From Lingula anatina (Eukaryota > Animalia > Brachiopoda): 64,000 bases of DNA. The notes beneath the pieces were generated by a model, which saw nothing but the letters and a program-made list of their open reading frames with translations, ran no database searches and was not told where the DNA came from. Position 1 is the stretch's first letter, and each line of letters begins with the position of its first letter. The stretch spans positions 47,036,788-47,100,787 of the forward strand of contig CM120640.1 in NCBI GenBank assembly GCA_051362555.1, read 5' to 3'. Below are positions 12,804-24,975 of the stretch, in pieces. The position numbers were made by a program, and so were the translations under genes.

Positions 12804-15800
12804 TTAGTTTCCAGCTAAAGCAGCCTTAGTCTGAGCAATGGCATCCAGAAGCTGTTGCCACAAAACGCCCAGATCGGACTTGTAAGGAGCCGCAACCTGT
12901 TTAAGTTCCATAAGCTTGTCAAGACCGACCTGTTGAGGATGAGCTAGGACCTACAACATAATTTAACTTTGTTGTAAATATACATACAGACTTGACATTC
13001 TATTTCGTATAAAAATATCGGTCAGTCTTAAATGAGATATGCTTGCGCATGCGTACTCAGTTAGCTTGTGACATGCGGCTGGGTAGTCAGCCTGAAAATA
13101 GATGCGATCTATTTCTATCAGAATTATAATCTAAAACAAACGTAGTTTGTTTGCTTAAGTTGGAAACATTTTTGCAACGGAGTTGCAATCTTTTATGCGG
13201 CATATATATTGATCTGTAACGTAGTTACACATTGTAGGCTACGAATCATTTGTGTGCCAAACTTAATTTCAATATGGCGGCCGAAAGCACGTGTAGTGCT
13301 GTTTTACCGGGCCTTTCAAAACCCGCAATAGATACATGTAAGAATAGCGAGGACGTTAAAGCAAAGAAAGTAAAAACTAGAACAGGAAAGGGGAAACTAG
13401 ACGACAAAGCAAAATCTAGTCATAACAGTGATGAATATTTAACTATAATGAAAAATATACAAGGAACTGTGCAGAGACAGGAAACGAACATTAACAGCGT
13501 CGTGGGACGCATAGATACTTTAGAGAAACAGTACCTGTATCACGATGAATATTGTGAGGAGAATTATGACTTTGATGAACAGTATGATGAAAGATTGGAG
13601 GATGAAACATGCCCGGAGGCAGGTACTAGTAGCACAAACAGATTTGACGATATGACGAAGAGATATAAATTAATAGAGTATACAGACGTGGAAGTTGACA
13701 GTGTGTTGGCGAGTAGTGTCAATGATTTGTTCACCAATGGGATAGTAGATCATTCAAAGTATACAGAACTTACCAAAGATGAAAATAACTCACGGCCAAA
13801 AAACTGTGAAAGTTTGGTGATAGTCAAAACCAATAAAATGGTATGGAACATTATTCCTCAATATGCCAAAACAAATGATAAGAAGTTACAGGATGTTCAA
13901 ATGTCAGTTGTAAAAGCAGCTACGTTGATGACTAAAGGAATAGACAAACTGGCTAAGTTAGAAACAGGAAATGATACGAGTGAAGGGCTTGGAAAACTCA
14001 TTGATATGTTCAATGACAGTATTGCTTTGCTTGGTCATGCCAATACACAGATTAACTGTTTTAGAAAGGATTTGTTAAAACCAAACCTCAAGCCAGAGTA
14101 CAAACCTTTGTGCAATCATAACATTCCGTGCACAACTTTTCTCTTTGGAGATGATATTACCAAATCTGCAAGGGAAGTGGAAGATTCTGCGAAAATGAGT
14201 TATAAAATGATGCAGAGTAGAATGGGCTTGGATTATAGAAACCGCCCATACCAAAGGGGCCCACGATTCAGGGGACGCATGAGAGGAAGGTACAATCCTG
14301 GCCGAGGAAGTTCTTCCCAGAGGGGTGCACATGCAGATTCAAAAAACTTCTCATGGCAAAGCAGCCAGTGGGATCAGAACAGATACTAGAGGTGAGACAT
14401 AAATTTCAAGCTGGTAGATTGCATTTGTTTGTAGATGAATGGAGAAAATTGACCAGTGACCCATATATCTTGGATATAGTACAAAATTGTCATATAAATG
14501 TTGATACCAACATTGGATTTCAAAACTTAAATGATATGGTGAAATATAGGTTTAACACAGAAGAAACAATTATAATCAGGAAAGAAATTTCTAAACTACT
14601 TGATCTTGGTGTTATTAAGAAAGTTCAAAGTGTACCGGGGCAGTTTTTATCTCCTATTTTTGTACGCCCTAAAAAGAATGGAGAATACAGAATGATATTA
14701 AATCTTAAGAAGCTGAATCAACACATTCCCTATGAACATTTTAAAATGGACACTTTTGAAAAGGCATTGACCTTAGTGACAAAAGGATGCTTCCTAGCAT
14801 CAATTGATATAAAGCATGCATATTAAAGTGTGAAAATAGCAGAAGAACAGCAAATTCTTTTTCGATTTGTTTGGGAAGGAAATATCTATCAATACACATG
14901 CCTTGCAAATGGCATTTCTGAAGGGCCCAAAATATTTACGAAATTATTAAAGCCTGTATATGCAAAATTGAGAAGTCTTGGCCATTCTAGTTCAGGATTT
15001 ATTGATGACAGTTTATTGTGTTCAGATAATTACCTTGAGTGTGTTGAAAATATAAGATGCACAAAACATCTAATGGAAACACTTGGTTTTATAATCAATG
15101 CAGAAAAGTCTGTCCTTATTCCCCAACAATCATTGTTGTTTTTGGGAAATATAATTGATTCTGAAAGTATGACAGTGACTTTACCTAAAGATAAAATGGA
15201 TCACATTGTACAGCAGTGTAAAATGCTTATCATTAAAACAGAAGCAAAAGTAAGACTAGTAGCTAAAGTGATTGGAATTATAGTTTCAACATTCTCAGCT
15301 GTTGAATATGGTAAACTCCATTATAGAGAACTTGAAAAGCAGAAGATAAGTGCTTTAAAAAGCAACAATGGAAATTATGATGCTATGATGCACATGACAA
15401 TTAGTATGAAGCAAGAATTACAATGGTGGATGGAAAATGTCCACTTGCAAAGAAGGAAAATTGACAAAGGAAATGTTGACATTATATTGTATACTGATGC
15501 ATCCAAATTAGGCTGGGGTGCTCATTTGGAGGGTCAAAAAATTGGTGGTAGATGGTTTCCAGAAGAAGCTAACCTTCATATAAATGCTTTAGAGTTACTA
15601 GCAATATTATATGCATTGCAGTCTTTTACATTTAGATTTGAAAATAAACATGTAAAGATCATGAGTGATAATATTACAGCATGTGACTATATTCAGAATA
15701 TGGGTGGAATTAAATCTTATGATTGCAATAACATAGCAAAAAAGATTTGGCATTGGTGTATCGAGAAAAATGTTTGGCTCACCTGTGTCCATGTGCCAGG

Positions 15801-17582
15801 GAAAGATAATGTAGATGCTGATGATGCTTCTAGGAAGTTTAATGAACGTTTAGAATGGAAGTTGAATGAGAATGTATTTCAAAAGATATGTGAAAAATTT
15901 GGAAATCCATTTATTGATCTTTTTGCCTCTAGATTAAATGCGCAATTTGAAAGATACTGTTCATGGCAGGCAGACCCCTTTGCTTGGGGTATTAATGCAT
16001 TTACTTATGATTGGGGAACACTGAATTATGTTTATCTGTTTCCACCTTTCAGTTTGCTGGGTCATTGTATCCAGAAGATTCGCAAAGACAAAGCCAGGGG
16101 TATTATAGTGGCTCCTGTATGACCAACACAGATATGGTTTGCAAAGTTGATGGAATTACTTGTGGAAAACCCAATAGTCATTCAAAAGAAAAAAGGTCTG
16201 CTAACTTTACCAGGGAACAAGCTCCCAGTGGAACATCCTCTTATGGACAAGTTGAAACTCATTGTATGCAAAGTATCAGGGAACAGTTTAGAGAACGAGG
16301 CCTTTCTGAGCAATCAACCCACATACTTATGTCATCTTGGCGTACAGGGACAAAGAAACAATACAACGTGTTCATTAAACGCTGGTTCAAATACTGTGGT
16401 GAAAGGAAAATTAATTCAATTTCACCACATGTGGAAGAGGTGATAGAATTTCTTACAAAACAGTTTAATGATGGCTTAGCTTATGACAGTTTAAATACAG
16501 CAAGAGGTGCTATTTCATCAATGGGTATTCAAATTGATGGAGTTTCAGCAGGGAGTCATCCATTGGTGATAAGATATATGAAAGGCATTTATAATTTGAG
16601 GCCACCAAGACAATGTTATGCTCAAATTTGGGATGTTAATAAAGTTCTGGTTTTCTTAAGGAAACTTTCACCAGTAAAGCACTTGACTTTGAAGGATCTG
16701 ACTTTAAAACTTACAATGCTCATGGCATTAATTAATGCCACACGTGTACAAACATTGCATTTAATTTCTGTTGTTGATATGAAAAAGTTGAGTTCAGAGT
16801 TTGTGTTTCAGTTATGTGGTTTACTGAAGCAAAGTAGACCAGGTTGTAATTCATCACATATTGTGTTTAAAGCTTACCCTCCAGATAGGAGGTTGTGTGT
16901 TTATACTGTTTTAAAAGAGTATATAGCTCGTACAAAGACATTGCGTAGGCATAATGTTGATAAAAATTTGCTTATAAGTTATATGAAACCTTATAAACCT
17001 GTTCAAAGAGATACGATTTCTAGATGGATCAAAGTTGTAATGACAAAATCGGGAATAGACACTACTTTATTTGGTGCTCACAGTGTGAGAGCTGCTGCTG
17101 TTTCAAAGGCAAAAATGAATTCTGTGCCAGTGACAGATATTTTGAACAAAGCTGGTTGGAGTACTGAAAAAACATTTGCAAAATTCTATGAGAAACAAAT
17201 CGAGGATAAAGCTACCACATTTGAATATGGAGTTTTAAAAAGGAAGTAATGAGCATATTCATATACTAGTATATACTGGCATGTATACGTTTACATGAGT
17301 ATCTGTTGATGATTTGTTGAAACTGTTCTAAACGATATTTTAAGCTGAAATAAAGGCCATTGAATACTGGTTTATTGATGTTTGTCACATTTTACTTTAA
17401 AGTCTCATTTAAGACTGACCGATATTTTTATACGAAATAGAATTTAAAATTAAACGAGACTTACCTTGGTTAAGTCGATGTTTGATTGTAATTCTGTGAG
17501 TGTAAAAATGAGGGAGGGCTTAAATGCCACCCTCCCCACCCAGCTTACTCAGTAATATAATTCCAATGTAATCAGCTCACAG

Positions 17583-17626
<44 letters not shown>

Positions 17627-19601
17627 CATAATACTACTAATAGATAAATAAATAAAAATGTTCTTTAAAAAAATGTGAAAACATCAAGCTTTAAAGGCTG
17701 AGTACGCATGCGCAAGCATATCTCATTTAAGCCCTCCCTCATTTTTACACTCACAGAATTACAATCAAACATCGACTTAACCAAGGTAAGTCTCGTTTAA
17801 TTTTAAATTTTATATTGAATATTTCAGTTTCAAAGGTATGCTAGGTAAAATGCGTTCTTTAAAAAAAAAAACTCCGATGTCATATAAGAAATGTGAATGG
17901 AGAAATGTGTAGTCAGATGTGTCGCTACCAATTAACTGACTGCTGCATTGTGTTATATGCAGTGATTTGTTTGGGTAGTGCTCCTTTGGGCTGGGCAAGC
18001 TTGGCTTTGGCGAGGCATGGTTCTGTCAAAAAATATACATATATCGGCAACTACTGTACAGAAGAATTTGAAATTTTGCATGCAAGAGGTTGGTTTTGCA
18101 GTGCATAAATTGAGATAAGCAGTGTTTTACAAAATTGTTAACCTATGGAAGAATGGCGCAAAAAAGACAGGCATTGCCAGACAGATTATTGTGCTAAACG
18201 GAACACTCCGTACAGTTTTATAGAGTTATGCCCAGACTAATGTACCTACACGGAGGCCAAACCCAACGTATCGAAATCTTACCCCCAGGGTACAGGACTC
18301 ACTGTCCTTCCGGATATGCTGATGCAACTAAACAAAAACCACCCAGTCCGTTCAGAATGAGGGGCAAATTTCCACCAGAACGCTTTTTCAAGGCCCTAAG
18401 CGAACACCAAACTGGTTTTAGCAGGTTAGAATACCAGACGACGTCAGCGGAAGCCACTGTAAACAGTAATACATCATCGTCTGTTTCTCTAATGGATTGG
18501 GGACCATGACCGTTTCTGGGTAGAACACTGAAACCGAGTAGCTGTCTTTATGAGGTCAGATTTCACCTATACCGCTCAACTATTATGGTCAGATTTCACC
18601 TGTAACGTTCAACTAGTCAAAACAGATTTTACAGACAGCCAGAAGAGGCCTACGATGAAGTGTGTGCCGCGCCTTAAGTGACTAGGGTCACAGACAGCGT
18701 CAGTATTTGGAGTGGATACCACAATGGTGCCAAATCACAAACGGTAGTCATGGATGAAAACCTGAACCAGATCAAATAAAGGAATATCTCGGAACCACTT
18801 GACTATCATTTGATAGGGGGCACCTTAGAAACAATTTTAAGTTGCACAATGTCAGTTCACAAAGGGCACTTTTAATAGAAGATAACTTACAGAACCAAGG
18901 GAATGAGCAGCTACCTTGGTCATCAAATCCGCCATATTTGAACCACACAGACAATATTTGGGTAGTAATTACTAGCCGAATAACTGGCCTACATGTACTA
19001 CAACAAAACTGAACCAAACTGGATATTTTGACCTATGCCTGGAATGTTATTCCAGATTAGACTCCAAAAACCTATCCCGAATAATGCCTTGCCGCTTTAG
19101 AGCCCTGGCAGCAGCCAGATGAGGTCAGGCGTAACGGCTACTGTTGCTGTGACTAGACATTGACATGAGGGTCATTTGTGGGACGTGTAACCATTTTACA
19201 CCCCATTTGGAAAATATGGAAATCCAAAATGTCGCTTTTAATGGTTGTCGTACGACTTAGAATATAGGCAATGCATTTTTGTTTGCTTCATTGGCGAATT
19301 CAATTAATGAACTGATGTCACAATGACATCAAAGAGATTATTAAAAGTTATTAAAACACGAATTGAATTCCTATTTTCATTTTTCAGTCAGCAAAACAGG
19401 AAAAAAACTGATGAAAAATGATATGGAAAAAACATCCCATATTAAATGTCAAGTCTGCAATTCGGGCAATGTTTTATATCAGTTAATCAAATTACAGAAT
19501 TTACTTACGGTAGTGATCAAAAGTTTGATGTTTTCAAGATGTGCTTGATTCAGGGCCTCAGCAAGCTTCTCCTGCACGTATGTTTTAAAGTCAACAGCTG
19601 A

Positions 19602-19674
<73 letters not shown>

Positions 19675-22600
19675 CAAACAGCAGCACGAATCTCCCCAGC
19701 AGCTGAAACACTATGATATAGAAATGTAACATAAAGCACGAACGGCAGCCTGGATCTTGTCCTCAGCAGTAGTGCAAACAATGAATCAATAAAAAGTTTA
19801 AACAACATATATGGAAGATTGGAGACAAAATGACCAGCAATTGCTGTTGGATATATGATACAATTATGTGAAGGTAAGAGCGTAAACGAAGAAGATGAAG
19901 ATATATTGCGTTTCATACTTTTTTACCTTTTAGTTATTTTTAGATGCACAAGTCAATGCCATTTACTTAATCCAAATGCATTTGCTACAGCTTTTGATTT
20001 ACGTGGTTTGTACTTAATCCATTGTCATCTTCGCCCCCATGAGACCCAATTAATAAATTAGGTTATTTTTTATAGAAAAAAATTACCATCTTTGCTTTAA
20101 GCACACATAGTTAGGTTATTCTTTGTCGTATTCTTTGTCGTATCTCGAAAAAGCCAGACAACAATGATTTCTTAATCTCCATAACGAGCCTCTGCGCGTA
20201 ATGTCGACTTTGTACATTTTAGTCATTGCTTGTCAACTACATAACTCTAGATTACAAAACTTTCTCATTTGTCTCGAATTAACTAGTACTCTCCGTGTTC
20301 AAAGGCGCGTACTTGGGAGTACAGGGGGTGGGGTAAATCTGGGCAAGACAATGTGCTTTCTGTTGTAGGCAGCCTGCACCACCTGGGTCCACAGACTTCC
20401 AAGATCCTGCTTGTAAGGCTCCAAGAACTCCAGAAGTTCCTTAGTGACGGCAAGGCTAGCATCCTTGGCGTGGGCAAGGTACTGAAAGTGACATATTTTG
20501 TGAGTATACTTTATGTATCATGCACATGTGCTGAAGACATAATATTTTGTACTTGTAAGAAATCCCGAAAACGTAACAAGCAACGAAGGTTAAGCTAACT
20601 TACAAGCAATTCAAGAAGCTTAAAATAACCAACACATCATTGCATAAGTTGTGCAACTACAATTTTGTTACACGAGACAATCCATAATGAAATACACGTA
20701 CACCAAATGTCTGACACTGAAAAAAATTAGCAGTGTTTTTACCAACCATTACACAGTTGAAATGTGTGCTCAATTTTTTCAAATAATTTTTCATTACCTC
20801 TTGGGCAATAAGTTTGACGTTGTCGAAGTGTCCCTTGACTTTGCCCCACAGATCTCCAGCGTACTGCTTGATGAAGACTTGGAGATCAGCGAACTTGGAG
20901 GTGAATCCTCCCAGAGCCTGTGACAAAGTGTCCTTCACTCCCTGCCACCATTCAGCTACACCACGGTCAGCCAGAACCAGTGCCACGGTCTGATAATAAA
21001 TACAAACGATACAAATATAGGTTAAAAAATCTAATTCATCCAACTATTTCATGCACCCTAAGGCGGCGACATGGTACCAGAAAAAATATATCAACTAATA
21101 TAGGGAGAGTTTTGATTGTCATACTTAAGTATAAAAACTAAGTCTTGCCTTCTATGACTTTTTGTTAATGGAAGTATCCTCATAACATGAAACTGAATTG
21201 ATATGATGCCGACAGATTGACGGTCTTACCTCATTTAAAAGTTCTTCTTCGAAGTTTTCAAACAAATCACGCTTGCCTGAAAAAAAAAAGATGATATAAG
21301 GAAATGCACATTGAACTTTGCAAACTGACTTACACAAAGATGACATAAAGAAATGCACATTTTCACTCATTCTCAGTATACATGTATAGGTCCATTGAAG
21401 AAAACAGAAAAGTGCATATTTTACTTTTTCTAAATCTCTGATGACAGAAAGTGATAAATCTAGGATGTTTTAATAACTGTAAAAATCATGCCGTAGTAGT
21501 ATTGGGACGAAGTGACGAAGGTTTAGCCTATTTTGGTAACGAAAGTTTTAAAATAACCACCCTTTTGGATAATATTTACACGTTATTAATAGTAACAAAA
21601 ATATAGGGGTATTACGAGATGCACATTTACTTTATATTTACTTACTTTTTGTCCTCAACCTTAAGTTAATTTTTACTCAATGCCTTGTATCGAAGGTTTT
21701 GCAAATTACTTTCTACGAAAATGCAGCTTTGCCGTGTTACATCTAAAGTGACTGCGTCACGTCACCATATTCTCTTACTTATAATGAATAAAACTAAATT
21801 GAAGATTTTATTAACGGCTAAATGTTACAAAATACATAAGGCAACTGAAAGTAATGAAATTAGACACCATACTCGCTTCCTGACAAGTTGAAGATTTTCT
21901 TCTATAGTAAAAATGAACTAGATCGACTGGAGAGAAATGGTTCTGCAAGTGACTGTAAGGAAGATTTAAAATTGAGTATGTTTATGTTGTTTATGTGAGA
22001 ATAGATAAAGCTAGTGATTTTTATCGTATTTTTAAGTTCCTAGACTCATTTTAGCTTAAGACGAAAAACTAATTCAACAATCATGAAGTTGTTTCGTACC
22101 GAAAACACCCACGTTCTTTTCAAAAATGTATTTTAACTGTGCTTTGATTTCATTAAGGTGATTTTTAAGAGATACAAGTAGGTCCAAGGTGGTCAAATTT
22201 CGTAGAAGGGCAGGATGGGCTTCCAACCAGTGCTTGCCGCCCAATTGTTTCAGTGCCTCTAACAACTGATTTGACTGCTCTAGCAGAGCCTTGCTGACCT
22301 AAAGAAAGGGAATTAGACATGAATAGTTTCTGATTTATATTCAGACATTTCGATTATGATGTGTTATCATCGCCAGTTTTATTAAATAAGATTATTGCAA
22401 AAAAAAAACAGTATTTAAATCAGATAAAAAAAGTGTTGAAAGGTAATTCACATTTAACCGTCAATGTCATTCCAAAAATGTCATATCAAATTGCTTCTGC
22501 CGCTGTATTTGGGGCGGTTGATGAGTCTGTATCATGTACGACAAACATCAGTCCTTCATAAAACGTCACCAGTAGCAAATGCAAAGTATCCTAAGACAAT

Positions 22601-23515
22601 TTCAATTTAATTTAAACATATTCTATTCTACGTATTCTACTTCTATGATTCACATTGAAAGCATATCAATATCATCTGCGTCATGGACTTAAAATGAAAT
22701 CCCCATCCTTAATTTAGTACTTTAGTATATTAATAATGTAAAAGAAATCACTGACCGTGCGGCCGGTTGCCACAAGATTTTTGATTTTGTCTGTGACGTT
22801 CTTCAGTTTCTCCTCCAGTACCTGGGACAGGACAGTCTGGGTGGCTCTCGTAAGGCTTTTACAAGTGTCAAATATTAAACTAAACAACTTATTTAACACA
22901 ATTGTCCTACTTCAAGTTTTCAATCAATAACACTTGAATTATTTTTAAAATATTAGACTGAAATACAACGCTCTCCTGAAAATCACCTCTGCTTTGAAGT
23001 TAAAATAGTTAACTTTTACTGTAGATACAATAAGTTCAAATTCGTTATTAACAACTATAATTTTCAGTTGTTAAATTTTTGTAAGGAATACCGCTGCCAA
23101 TTGTGTTTGTGCAACGTTACCCGCCCCTGTTGATGACATCCAGCTGCAAACTTTATTCTAAAAACTGTATCTGTCTTAAATCTCTGGTACTTACGGGTTG
23201 GTTTCGCGGACATGGCGTGGAGAATTGACTTCGTTCACGAGAGATGCAATCTCATTGTCCAGATTCACTAATGGCATGAATCCAAAACCAATAAAATTCT
23301 ATGTAACTAATATTTATACTAACACATCAGTGTTTTATGCCCAAAGAATTGTTTGTTAAAATGAAGAAAAGATAAGTTCAAACTGTATTCAGATAAAGCT
23401 GAACAAATCCAATCGAAATACTTGCAAATAATGTAAAAGTATTCCACTTACGGCGGACAAAATCAGCCTGTGCTCCAATGAAGATGCCGACAAATACGAA
23501 GGCCAAAAATTTCAT
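12804..23515 (-). CDS. G2: paralog lacking module A2 and the N-half of B2 (in-frame deletion), 9 coding exons, 359 aa; last intron holds nested transposons
   Basis: Exons 23515-23452, 23267-23195, 22855-22756, 22298-22100, 21276-21230, 20989-20798, 20481-20313, 19597-19509, 12950-12804. GT..AG boundaries; 1080 nt open from MKFLAFVFVGIFIGAQA to ...TKAALAGN*. Confidence 0.75.
13274..14389 (+). CDS. DIRS Gag-like protein (ORF1)
   Basis: Intact ORF (first ATG 13274; ORF track from 13250) with RPKNC..L...KTN..VW, D.KLQ..Q, LLGHAN, LFGDD motifs and an RG-rich tail; lies upstream of and overlaps pol. Confidence 0.85.
   Translation: MAAESTCSAVLPGLSKPAIDTCKNSEDVKAKKVKTRTGKGKLDDKAKSSHNSDEYLTIMKNIQGTVQRQETNINSVVGRIDTLEKQYLYHDEYCEENYDFDEQYDERLEDETCPEAGTSSTNRFDDMTKRYKLIEYTDVEVDSVLASSVNDLFTNGIVDHSKYTELTKDENNSRPKNCESLVIVKTNKMVWNIIPQYAKTNDKKLQDVQMSVVKAATLMTKGIDKLAKLETGNDTSEGLGKLIDMFNDSIALLGHANTQINCFRKDLLKPNLKPEYKPLCNHNIPCTTFLFGDDITKSAREVEDSAKMSYKMMQSRMGLDYRNRPYQRGPRFRGRMRGRYNPGRGSSSQRGAHADSKNFSWQSSQWDQNRY
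14353..16443 (+). pseudogene. DIRS pol (reverse transcriptase, RNase H, DNA N6-adenine-methyltransferase-like domain) with two premature stops
   Basis: ORFs 14353-14826, 14830-16122 and 16147-16443 share one frame. Motifs: SPIFVRPKKNG, ILNLKKLN, IDIKHAY, GFIDD; TDAS, HINALE, SDN; DLFASRLN, YLFPPF. Stops TAA 14824-14826 and TGA 16120-16122 (the latter at the W of AP.WP.Q.W). Confidence 0.9.
16011..17249 (+). CDS. DIRS tyrosine recombinase (probable start ATG ~16266)
   Basis: Intact ORF with YR motifs R (ATRVQT), HSVR, AGW and TFAKFY; overlaps the 3' end of pol in another frame. Confidence 0.9.
   Translation: MGNTELCLSVSTFQFAGSLYPEDSQRQSQGYYSGSCMTNTDMVCKVDGITCGKPNSHSKEKRSANFTREQAPSGTSSYGQVETHCMQSIREQFRERGLSEQSTHILMSSWRTGTKKQYNVFIKRWFKYCGERKINSISPHVEEVIEFLTKQFNDGLAYDSLNTARGAISSMGIQIDGVSAGSHPLVIRYMKGIYNLRPPRQCYAQIWDVNKVLVFLRKLSPVKHLTLKDLTLKLTMLMALINATRVQTLHLISVVDMKKLSSEFVFQLCGLLKQSRPGCNSSHIVFKAYPPDRRLCVYTVLKEYIARTKTLRRHNVDKNLLISYMKPYKPVQRDTISRWIKVVMTKSGIDTTLFGAHSVRAAAVSKAKMNSVPVTDILNKAGWSTEKTFAKFYEKQIEDKATTFEYGVLKRK
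17403..17526 (+). repeat. DIRS internal complementary region (ICR)
   Basis: First part is the reverse complement of the left terminus (~12997-13037), second part of the right terminus (~17724-17809), joined through a single AAT. Confidence 0.92.
19605..19670. repeat. (TA)n microsatellite; others at ~17589-17623, 37784-37830, 45861-45900
   Basis: Read directly. Confidence 0.9.
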
Positions 23516-23746
23516 GTCTGAAATATTTTAAATTTCTTATGAACGCAAACCTTTAAAACGTTTCCACAAAATAAATCGATTTGTAAATTCCAATTCTAAA
23601 TCTTGAAAGCTTAAAGTTTACTTGTACAAATTCCCATAACTGATGTACTCTCTCTGTCAGCATTCTGTTCGTTTGAAATACGTTTTCTTGACTTGCATAT
23701 ACAACTATATGTGGCAGGGTATTTTAAAACTTATATTTCAACTCAC

Positions 23747-23849
23747 CTCCTAGTTGCTGGGGTGCTTATGTGGACGAACGGTATTAAACGTCGGTTTTTT
23801 ATAGCCTTGGTATATGGGAGTGTGCAATCTGCGCCTTATCTTACGTGAC
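23747..23849 (-). promoter_or_regulatory. G2 core promoter and non-coding exon 1
   Basis: TATAAAA 23797-23803; GTGAG donor after 23747; GTCACGTAAGATAA 23836-23849. Confidence 0.65.
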
Positions 23850-24975
23850 AAGGTCTGAGACGATCCTAGAAAACGGTCCCAGCACATGGCACTCGTTAGA
23901 CGTATTTAAAGAGCATGACTGATTGGTGAGATTAGTTGTTGTCATGACTAATGTTTAAATGTTCTCGGTGTTCATCAATTAGGTGTCATATGCGTTCTTT
24001 GGAGAGCTAACTTTTATCAACCATTAAGAGACACATGGCCATTGCCCATTTGCGCAACATCTACCGACTACTTGGATATTTGTAAGGGCCTAGGAAAGTG
24101 CTCGCACAAGACAGAGGTGAAGGTTTAGCCCCAATGATATAGCCATATCTACATGAACAAGTTCTGACTAAGAAAAATTAGATTGCCTTTGCTCACGATG
24201 CGCCCTTACAAGTTTAAAGTGAGACCATTGTTCATAACTTTGGTTAAAAGTTAGTAACAATTAATGAAAATGTTATCTCCTTATTACCGAAATTCTGGTC
24301 GCTACTCGTGAATTCATCTATTCTGTAAGTGTGATGGAAAGCTAACTCAAGCTTGTACCAAATATGAATTTTAGGAATAATAACTATTTGTAATCAACAA
24401 AAGATTTATTCCCTGATTTTTTCATTAATTTTTGTACGAATAATAACCCCGGTCATGTAGCATTTGCAAAACGTTTTCGGGAAGGCGATAGGATGAAATA
24501 TCTTTTGAAATTTGGACTTTTCATTATATGGTTATAAAACATGTTTGTGCGGAATCAAACCAATGTCAGCTATCACCAAAGCAATCCACAGCATGGGGGT
24601 AGGACTTATCTTTATAACTTGGCTAGACATTGTTATCAAATACATGTAGGTATCCCACCAACACCACCACCACCACCACCACCGCCACACAAGCAACACC
24701 GTGACACATTAAAAATTTTTGTGATAGTCATTCATAGCTTCATTGTGTATTTGTATACGACTACAGCTGCATTATTTGGAAATTTGGCTCGCCCTTAGTA
24801 ATACAAAAAAGGAAAACAAGAGACAGACTAGTGGTATGCAATATCCACCAAATCCCTCTAATACCTCAGTGTGAGATTACACTAAAATTGATAATTTGTG
24901 TGAAGACTTATAATTTTGCATCATTTTGAGTTTTTAACCAATGAAAAAGGGTAGATCCCTGTCTGACAAATGTTG

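Larger units (their letters stand above)
12997..17809 (+). mobile_element. DIRS1-like tyrosine-recombinase retrotransposon, full length
   Basis: Overlapping gag, RT-RNaseH-MTase and YR ORFs. Perfect 34 bp inverted repeat at 13027-13060 and 17698-17731. Internal complementary region 17403-17526 matches both termini. ATT at both ends. Confidence 0.95.
12987..19457 (+). mobile_element. Degenerate Tc1/mariner transposon in the last intron of G2, interrupted by the DIRS element
   Basis: Termini CAGACTTGACATT (12987) and AATGTCAAGTCTG (ends 19457); removing DIRS restores a ~24 bp TIR pair with 3 mismatches. TA at 12985-12986, CA on the right. Decayed transposase motifs at ~18540-19130 (SVSIWSG, LPWSSNPPYLNHTDNIW, MPCRFRALAAAR). 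The same intron is ~97 bp in G3, G4 and G5. Confidence 0.75.

Noticed and set aside
14824-16122. Programmed readthrough or alternative genetic code in DIRS pol
   Set aside because: The two stops are different codons inside conserved motifs, each one substitution from Tyr or Trp; ordinary nonsense mutation is simpler.
19479-19916. 145 aa ORF with an IY repeat
   Set aside because: Translation through a (TA)n tract; only 19509-19597 is exonic.
24541-24798. Pro/His-rich ORFs recurring at 40207, 49438 and 59378
   Set aside because: A (CCA)n tract in duplicated intergenic DNA; reading frames are not conserved between copies.
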